NCBI GenBank assembly: GCA_027317865.1
Contig: DAHVQG010000009.1
Coordinates: forward strand, 73,443-137,442
Origin: Bdellovibrionales bacterium
Lineage (GTDB): Bacteria; Bdellovibrionota; Bdellovibrionia; Bdellovibrionales; UBA1609
Length of the DNA stretch: 64,000 nucleotides
Direction of reading: 5' to 3'
Position numbers and translations under genes: made by a program. The notes beneath the pieces are model-generated. The model was not told the DNA's origin. It did no database searches and worked only from the letters and a program-made list of their open reading frames with translations. Numbering within the stretch: the stretch's first letter is position 1; each line of letters opens with the position of its first letter. This document shows positions 58,366-64,000 of the stretch, piece by piece.

Positions 58366-59631
58366 CTAATCGACGGTAAATTGCCGTAGATTTTCCGCCG
58401 GTGATCGGCTCAAGTAATATCGGACTGGCCAATACGAAGATATAAATGCGAGAATCATACACCCGACGGCCACTGCTACGACGAAACCGAAATGGACTTG
58501 CGACGGGAGCGACGAATCGTAGTAAACATCAGGTAAAATTTGTAGCGGATGCCAATACAAAAACAAACTCAGGGCAACACCTAAAAGCAAACCAAAAAAC
58601 ATTCCGACGCCGGAGAGAATTAATCCCATTTTCAAAAAAAGTTTCTGAGTCGACTTCTGCGATAAACCCAGGGCCATTAACAGCCCAATCTCTTTTCGTT
58701 TTTGCGAAAGAAGCATGATGAGCACGGTGATAAGTGAAAACGACGTGATTAGGACGCTGAGGCCTAAAAACGTCATCATGGCGACCTTTTCAAGTTTGAG
58801 CGCTAAAAATAAGGCGTGGTTGCGATCTCCCCAAGTTTCAACACGAGCGTGTTTCACCCCAATTTTCTTGAGCGATTGGCGGATCTTCGATGCGACGTTT
58901 TCGGCATTGTCGGGGTTTTTCAGACGAATGTCATATCCTTGCTCTTCTTGCGTGGGGGACCGAAAGCGAAGTGGAGCCCGTAGCCCAGTTGCCAGATTGC
59001 CCAAACTGTAGAGCACCAACCTTGAGTCGATACTTTCAAAGTCCGTATTGATAATGTCGCGCACGCGCATGATCTCGTATCGTGGCGGCGTACCAGGCGG
59101 TGCCAATAACGAAATGGGCGGTATAATCATCACCCGATCGCCCTCAAATACATTAAGGCTTGCGGCAAGATCGCTGCCTAAAATCACATCCTTCGGCCCG
59201 AGTTTGGTAAAATCCACGTCATCAACAACCGGTGGCGTGTCACGATCGTTTTGCCGCATCAAACGTTCAAGAAAATCGTGAACGCCTTTGTCGGTCGTCC
59301 CTTTAATCACTCCGCCAGAAAATCGGCCGTCGAGACTTCGAACAATGACGTCTTGTTGAACAAACGGTTCAGTTCGAACATGAAAATTGGCTAAAACGCT
59401 GCCGACCTTTTTGAAATTGGCAGAATTGGTGGTGACAATGATATGCGGTTGAACAGCCAATAGGCGTCTCGTAATACTGCGATTAAATCCGTTCATGATA
59501 CTGGCCACAACAATTAACGAAAAAACTCCGACCATTGTTGCGATCCAGCTAATGCGCGCCATACTGCGCACAATAGAGCCCGAACGCTTCGAAAAAAAAT
59601 AACGGTAAAAAAATTTAATTTCGAGATCCAA
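58366..59631 (-). CDS. LolC/E-family lipoprotein-release ABC permease
   Basis: SIMNGF, PHI, LF.ALKLEK, K.KEIGLL.ALG, LPDVYY. Confidence 0.85.
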   Translation of the reverse strand: MDLEIKFFYRYFFSKRSGSIVRSMARISWIATMVGVFSLIVVASIMNGFNRSITRRLLAVQPHIIVTTNSANFKKVGSVLANFHVRTEPFVQQDVIVRSLDGRFSGGVIKGTTDKGVHDFLERLMRQNDRDTPPVVDDVDFTKLGPKDVILGSDLAASLNVFEGDRVMIIPPISLLAPPGTPPRYEIMRVRDIINTDFESIDSRLVLYSLGNLATGLRAPLRFRSPTQEEQGYDIRLKNPDNAENVASKIRQSLKKIGVKHARVETWGDRNHALFLALKLEKVAMMTFLGLSVLITSFSLITVLIMLLSQKRKEIGLLMALGLSQKSTQKLFLKMGLILSGVGMFFGLLLGVALSLFLYWHPLQILPDVYYDSSLPSQVHFGFVVAVAVGCMILAFISSYWPVRYYLSRSPAENLRQFTVD

Positions 59632-59644
59632 CCGCGGTCACTCC

Positions 59645-60220
59645 TCAATACGCCCAAAGATCATAGAACATAGTTTTCACCGTTTCGACAATCAACCCCC
59701 ATGTGGGATGCATTTCTTCATCCGAAACCGATCTTGGAATGATTTTAATATCTTTCGGAAATACGGCGCGAAACGTGCGAAGACTGCGATACATGTGCAT
59801 GCGTGAAGTGACAAGAAAGAAATCACGGCAATGGAGCGACTGAACGACGTGCAGGCTTTGCTCGGCATTCCCGTACGTTGTGAGAGACCGTTTTTCTAAA
59901 AATACATCGCGTTCGTCGACGGACCCATAAAACGGCCACTGCGGAAAGATCGATCGCAAATCCGCGCGCCGGTACACACCCGAAATAATCAATTTGCGAA
60001 TACGGTGTTGCGCAAGCAGACTAAAACCTTCCGGTATGCGGCCAGGACCCCCAGTTAAAACAACGGCACAATCGGCATGTCCGGTGCCCGTCCATGACGT
60101 TATTTTTTGATGCGCTATAAGATCACAGTCGCGCCAAAACCAAACCCCAATGACGACAAAACCAAGGATGGCGATCCGCAGTAATTTTTTAAACTCGGCG
60201 GGCCACCACTTCAATTTCAA
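59645..60220 (-). CDS. YdcF/DUF218 family protein (start uncertain)
   Basis: VVLTGG..R, LIISG, S.TTYGNA, LVTS..HM.RS. Confidence 0.85.
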   Translation of the reverse strand: MKLKWWPAEFKKLLRIAILGFVVIGVWFWRDCDLIAHQKITSWTGTGHADCAVVLTGGPGRIPEGFSLLAQHRIRKLIISGVYRRADLRSIFPQWPFYGSVDERDVFLEKRSLTTYGNAEQSLHVVQSLHCRDFFLVTSRMHMYRSLRTFRAVFPKDIKIIPRSVSDEEMHPTWGLIVETVKTMFYDLWAY

Positions 60221-60572
60221 CTTTTACGCCTTTCGGTAGACCTGCGACGGCTACGGTGGAACGGGCGGGCGGATTTTTCGTGAAATGGCGTCCGTACACT
60301 TCGTTGACGACAGCAAAATCAGCCATATTAGTGATAAAGATCGTTGTTTTAACCACGTTGTCGAATTTCATATCTGCTGCCGCTAGGACAGCTTCAATAT
60401 TAAACATCACCTGCTCGGTTTGGGCTTTGACGTCCCCGCCTACAATTTCACCCGTCTTAGCGTTGAGTGCGATTTGTCCGGAACAAAATAAGAAACCGTC
60501 AACTTCAATAGCTTGTGAATACGGCCCGATCGGCTCTGGAGCATTCGGCGACTTCACGATTCTCTTTGCCAT
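60189..60572 (-). CDS. ridA: RidA reactive-imine deaminase
   Basis: PIGPYSQA, SGQI, VVKTT, PARSTV, LPKG..VEIE; start ATG 60572. Confidence 0.9.
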   Translation of the reverse strand: MAKRIVKSPNAPEPIGPYSQAIEVDGFLFCSGQIALNAKTGEIVGGDVKAQTEQVMFNIEAVLAAADMKFDNVVKTTIFITNMADFAVVNEVYGRHFTKNPPARSTVAVAGLPKGVKVEIEVVARRV

Positions 60573-60661
60573 GATTAAAAATCCTCCTGTGGGGTTCAAT
60601 TATTGTTGGGAATCGAGCGGATTTCAAGCTAATCTCGCCGGCAAACCGGGGGCGAAGTTTC

Positions 60662-61831
60662 ATGAAAATCAAAAAAATATTTACGCGGATTCTGATATTT
60701 GCAATTGCGACCTTTGCAATCGGATTAACATATGCGTGGGCACAACATAAATGGCAGTATCCAGCCAACGGGATAGTTGCTGAAGACGCATTTGCAAACC
60801 CTAGCCCAAATGGCCATCAGAGGGTCATCGATGCCATTAATGACCCAAAAACTCACTCCATAGAAATGTGGATGTACTCGATGTCCGATCCGGCCGTCAT
60901 CAACGCGCTTCGCGCGGCAGATGCCCGCGGCGTGAAAATTGCGATTATTTTTAACGACCGAATGTTTCAAGGGCACGACGAGCGTATCGTTAATGAGCTG
61001 ACTTCAGGCACGCACATTCAGATCATTCGAGCTTCGCCAAAATTTTCGATCACTCACGCCAAGACCTTTATTGTTAACGCCGGGCAACCGGATGATTACG
61101 CGTGGATCATGAGCCTCAACATGACGCAAAATTACCCCAATCAAGCCGATTTTGCCGTCAAAACAGATGACCCGAAGGTTCTTACGGATTTAACAAACCT
61201 TTTTCAATTAGACGAAGAAAACGCAAAAAATTCGACAGCGCTTGAGTTGGATGGTCAAGATGGCCGCGCGCGATTAACGAGCCCAAATTTGATTGTCAGT
61301 CCGCAAAACTCGCTTGAGCGGATTCTCGCGTTGATCAATTCCGCTCATTCCTCAATTGATATGACGGTTGAAAATTTATCGTATTTTGTGCCAACGCCAA
61401 AGTACCCAAAACCTTTTACGCAGATTGTGGATGCATTAATTGCTAAAATAAAAGAAGGCGTTCAAGTGCGAGTGATTACGCCTTCGTGTGATATGAATTG
61501 GAACCCAGGATTCAACATGCGAGCTTTGAATGCATTGAATCAGGCCGCAAGCCCAAAAATTGTCGCTAAAATGATGCCCTACCCGGCAAGTCCGACTTCG
61601 CCTTATATGCACCAAAAATTGATTATTGTAGATCATAAAATATTTTTTATCGGCTCAGAAAATTTCTCGGTCAATTCGCTTGAGAAAGCGCGTGAAATTG
61701 GCGTCATTGTGAAACTCTCCGGCCCAGCCGCCATTGTTCAACAAGATTTTGATCAAGAGTTTAATGAAGCTGTCGCTCCTGCGGGATCGGACCGAGCTAT
61801 CCCGCGCAATTGCCAGGCGTTTCAGAAATAA
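60662..61831 (+). CDS. Phospholipase D superfamily protein (two HKD-type motifs)
   Basis: HAKTFIVN...SLN and HQKLIIVD...GSEN; N-terminal signal/anchor. Confidence 0.85.
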   Translation: MKIKKIFTRILIFAIATFAIGLTYAWAQHKWQYPANGIVAEDAFANPSPNGHQRVIDAINDPKTHSIEMWMYSMSDPAVINALRAADARGVKIAIIFNDRMFQGHDERIVNELTSGTHIQIIRASPKFSITHAKTFIVNAGQPDDYAWIMSLNMTQNYPNQADFAVKTDDPKVLTDLTNLFQLDEENAKNSTALELDGQDGRARLTSPNLIVSPQNSLERILALINSAHSSIDMTVENLSYFVPTPKYPKPFTQIVDALIAKIKEGVQVRVITPSCDMNWNPGFNMRALNALNQAASPKIVAKMMPYPASPTSPYMHQKLIIVDHKIFFIGSENFSVNSLEKAREIGVIVKLSGPAAIVQQDFDQEFNEAVAPAGSDRAIPRNCQAFQK

Positions 61832-62373
61832 AAAATCATCCCGGCTTGAAGGGGTGAATCGGCAATAGTGCGTACACGAACTTGGCTCGAGATTGAAGTT
61901 ACGCCCACACCCGCCTCCATGCTGAACCCTAAATTCGGCAGGCCGGCAAGAAAAAACTCCGTGCCGACAAAAGCCGAAAGCTCAAAACCCGATTGCGTCG
62001 TCGACGCGTTCGCTTGGGTGCTAATGAGACCAACTGATGAGCCCATATAAAAATTAAGATTGGGTTCGGTAAATACGATCCGGTGGACATTTACTTGAAA
62101 ACCAAACTGCGAATTGCCCTGTTCGGTATCGACACCAAGTTCAGCCCCTAACGCTAAATGTTTCTCTGGATAATAGCGAACAGCTAAGCTTGGTACATTC
62201 GTTGAAAATTGATTGGCATATCCGACACCGAGCCGGTTTGTCAGATCTTTCGCTTGCGCGGACGACGTTACTGTAAGCGCCAAAGCCACCGCTACCATAG
62301 CGGCAAAGGCCAACCTATAAGCAATACGGCTCAGCTCTGTTTTACATTGGATTCGATCAACGTTGAATAACAT
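61822..62373 (-). CDS. Small outer-membrane beta-barrel protein
   Basis: Signal peptide ending AQA; alternating beta strands; C-terminal FYF. Confidence 0.75.
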   Translation of the reverse strand: MLFNVDRIQCKTELSRIAYRLAFAAMVAVALALTVTSSAQAKDLTNRLGVGYANQFSTNVPSLAVRYYPEKHLALGAELGVDTEQGNSQFGFQVNVHRIVFTEPNLNFYMGSSVGLISTQANASTTQSGFELSAFVGTEFFLAGLPNLGFSMEAGVGVTSISSQVRVRTIADSPLQAGMIFYF

Positions 62374-62540
62374 GAGACTCCCCCACGATCGCTTTTATAT
62401 TAGGCTCTGTTCTGCAAATTGCAAGGAAACGGCACATTCTCACATGAAGTTGTAGCGGCGTTTATTTTCTTGCGTGGGGCGCATTTGCAGGTTAAAAATT
62501 CTGTTCTTTGCATCTGTTCTCGTCACAAATTTGGGAATGT

Positions 62541-62616
62541 GGGCCTGTAGCTCAGCTGGGAGAGCGCTAGCATGGCATGTTAGAGGTCACCGGTTCGATC
62601 CCGGTCAGGTCCACCA
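62541..62616 (+). tRNA. tRNA-Ala (anticodon GGC)
   Basis: GGGCCTG/CAGGTCC acceptor with G3:U70; CTAGC-ATGGCAT-GTTAG anticodon arm; GGTTCGATCCC T-arm; CCA end. Confidence 0.95.
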
Positions 62617-62622
62617 GTTTTG

Positions 62623-63537
62623 TCATTTCAACCGGCCGGCTCTGGCCGTAGACACGTAATTGCACGCAAATTCATAGAACAGGTTGGCCGATCCAAGTCC
62701 GCCGCCGGGCAATGCCCAATGAAACGAGCGGGCAATATTTAGCGGTGGAATCGAAAAGACCATCAGTTGACCGAGCGATACTTCGTTTTGAATTGACCAC
62801 CGCGATAAAAATGCGATGCCCATTCCAAGACAAGCCGCTGATTTAATCGAATTCGTGCTGGCCATTTCGTATTGATACGACAACTGTTTCTTACTTATGC
62901 CCGCTTTTTTAAGGGCACGTTCGATGACCGCCCTTGTACCCGAACCCGATTCGCGCCACAAAATCGGTACCTTTGTAAGGTCCGTTATCGACTTTAACTG
63001 CGACTTAAATTTTATCGCACCTACAACAACAAGTTCATCGCTAACGAACGGTTCGAGCCGAATGCCCGGAGCCTTTGATAAACCTTCGACAAGCCCGACC
63101 GAAACGGCGCCTGAGCGAAGATCCTCAAGAATTTTTTCTGTGTTGCCCACTTCTAGCTTAATCGCTATTTTTTCAAAGCGTAGAGCGAAAGCCGACAATA
63201 TTTCAGGCAGCACATCGGACGCAATGGTTGTACTGGCACCTAACGTCAATTCACCAGAAGGAACTTGTTCGGAAAGTTTCTGAATTGCCCCATCAAGATC
63301 ATGCCACAGCAACCTAATTTGATCGTAAAATTGTTGACCCTTTGCAGTAAGTTCTACGCCATGGGCCGAGCGTTTAAAAAGAATGACTCCCAGTTGAGCT
63401 TCAAGTTTACGAACTTTTGCCGTGACTGCGGGCTGCGATAAATTCATTTGAACTGCTGCCTGGGCCACTTTGCCAACGTTTGCGACAGTCATAAATGTCT
63501 CAAACAGATTCGGATCGACAGAAAGTTTTGTGTGCAC
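62623..63537 (-). CDS. LysR-family regulator (CysL/YeiE-like)
   Basis: AA..MNLSQPAVT..VRKLE HTH, GASTTI, VGLVEG, RESGSGTR; likely GTG start at 63537. Confidence 0.9.
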   Translation of the reverse strand: MHTKLSVDPNLFETFMTVANVGKVAQAAVQMNLSQPAVTAKVRKLEAQLGVILFKRSAHGVELTAKGQQFYDQIRLLWHDLDGAIQKLSEQVPSGELTLGASTTIASDVLPEILSAFALRFEKIAIKLEVGNTEKILEDLRSGAVSVGLVEGLSKAPGIRLEPFVSDELVVVGAIKFKSQLKSITDLTKVPILWRESGSGTRAVIERALKKAGISKKQLSYQYEMASTNSIKSAACLGMGIAFLSRWSIQNEVSLGQLMVFSIPPLNIARSFHWALPGGGLGSANLFYEFACNYVSTARAGRLK

Positions 63538-63584
63538 TATCGCCTCGCCAGCCAAAAGCAAAGAAGCATTCGAGCTTCGTCGAC

Positions 63585-63603
63585 ATATCAGAAAATCTGA
63601 TAT
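63585..63603. promoter_or_regulatory. Palindromic LysR-type (T-N11-A) operator
   Basis: ATATCAG-AAAAT-CTGATAT between the divergent lysR and DsrE-like genes. Confidence 0.6.
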
Positions 63604-63685
63604 CGTATCCAATAATACGATTACTTTTTCTGATATGCAAAAGGCATTGTAGAAGAATCAACAACCAATCAAGGAGTCATATCGA

Positions 63686-64000
63686 ATGAAATCACTCATT
63701 TCGTCTGGTTTTTCTGCGGTCTGCGTTTTAAGTTTAACCTTGTTTTCGATGAGTGCCCGCGCAAAATCCCCGATGTGGGTCACACCAGCCATTTCGTACG
63801 GGCACGTGCACCCTTTGCCGCACGCGGCGGTTCAACCCAGTAAAGCTAAAATCTATAAGGCCTTGTTTGACGTGACTTCAAAAATCAAAAACTCGTCGCA
63901 CCCCGATGCCGGCTTGGTTCACGTGGCTCGCGCCGTAAACGTGTTTGCCTCAGCAGGAGTGCCATTGAACCATTTGCGTTTTGTGGCGATGGTTCAAGAT
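63686..64000 (+). CDS. Secreted DsrE-family protein, partial (runs off the window end)
   Basis: Not in the ORF track. AAGGAG RBS; MKSLISS... signal peptide; YKALFDVT ... GLVHVARAVNVFASAGVP ... FVAMV. Confidence 0.7.
   Translation, partial: MKSLISSGFSAVCVLSLTLFSMSARAKSPMWVTPAISYGHVHPLPHAAVQPSKAKIYKALFDVTSKIKNSSHPDAGLVHVARAVNVFASAGVPLNHLRFVAMVQD

Noticed and set aside
62474-62659. 61-aa ORF
   Set aside because: It is a translation of tRNA-Ala.
1-64000. CRISPR array, rRNA, IS transposase, phage structural genes, reverse transcriptase
   Set aside because: No repeat-spacer periodicity or diagnostic motifs were seen by eye or in the ORF track.

Overview
A 64-kb bacterial chromosome segment. Gene content and sigma-28-type promoters suggest a Bdellovibrionota-like predator; this is inference, as no marker gene is present. 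Most of the window is housekeeping and transport genes: nucleoside and polyamine ABC systems, fadAB-type beta-oxidation, a GMP-reductase-like gene, murI, lysC/lysA/dapD, mpaA, lolC/E, ridA and two tRNAs. Many secreted hypothetical proteins are interspersed. The most notable region is an ~8.1-kb integrative element (38569-46700) at the 3' end of tRNA-Leu(TAA), bounded by TGGTGCCC direct repeats. It carries a large serine recombinase, a Replic_Relax-type protein followed by a 105-nt nested palindrome, and defence-like cargo (SAMHD1-like HD hydrolase, orphan restriction endonuclease, unknown gene pairs). The attachment site lies inside the recombinase gene: the integrated gene stops inside the tRNA, while circularisation would splice on an in-frame 47-codon tail stored at the other end of the element. 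Other oddities are a beta-carbonic anhydrase/SAM-methyltransferase fusion, a triheme lipoprotein cytochrome, a structured ~215-nt intergenic segment with strong-RBS micro-ORFs, and a shared CxxIL motif in unrelated secreted proteins. All family assignments come from motif recognition by eye, not database searches.
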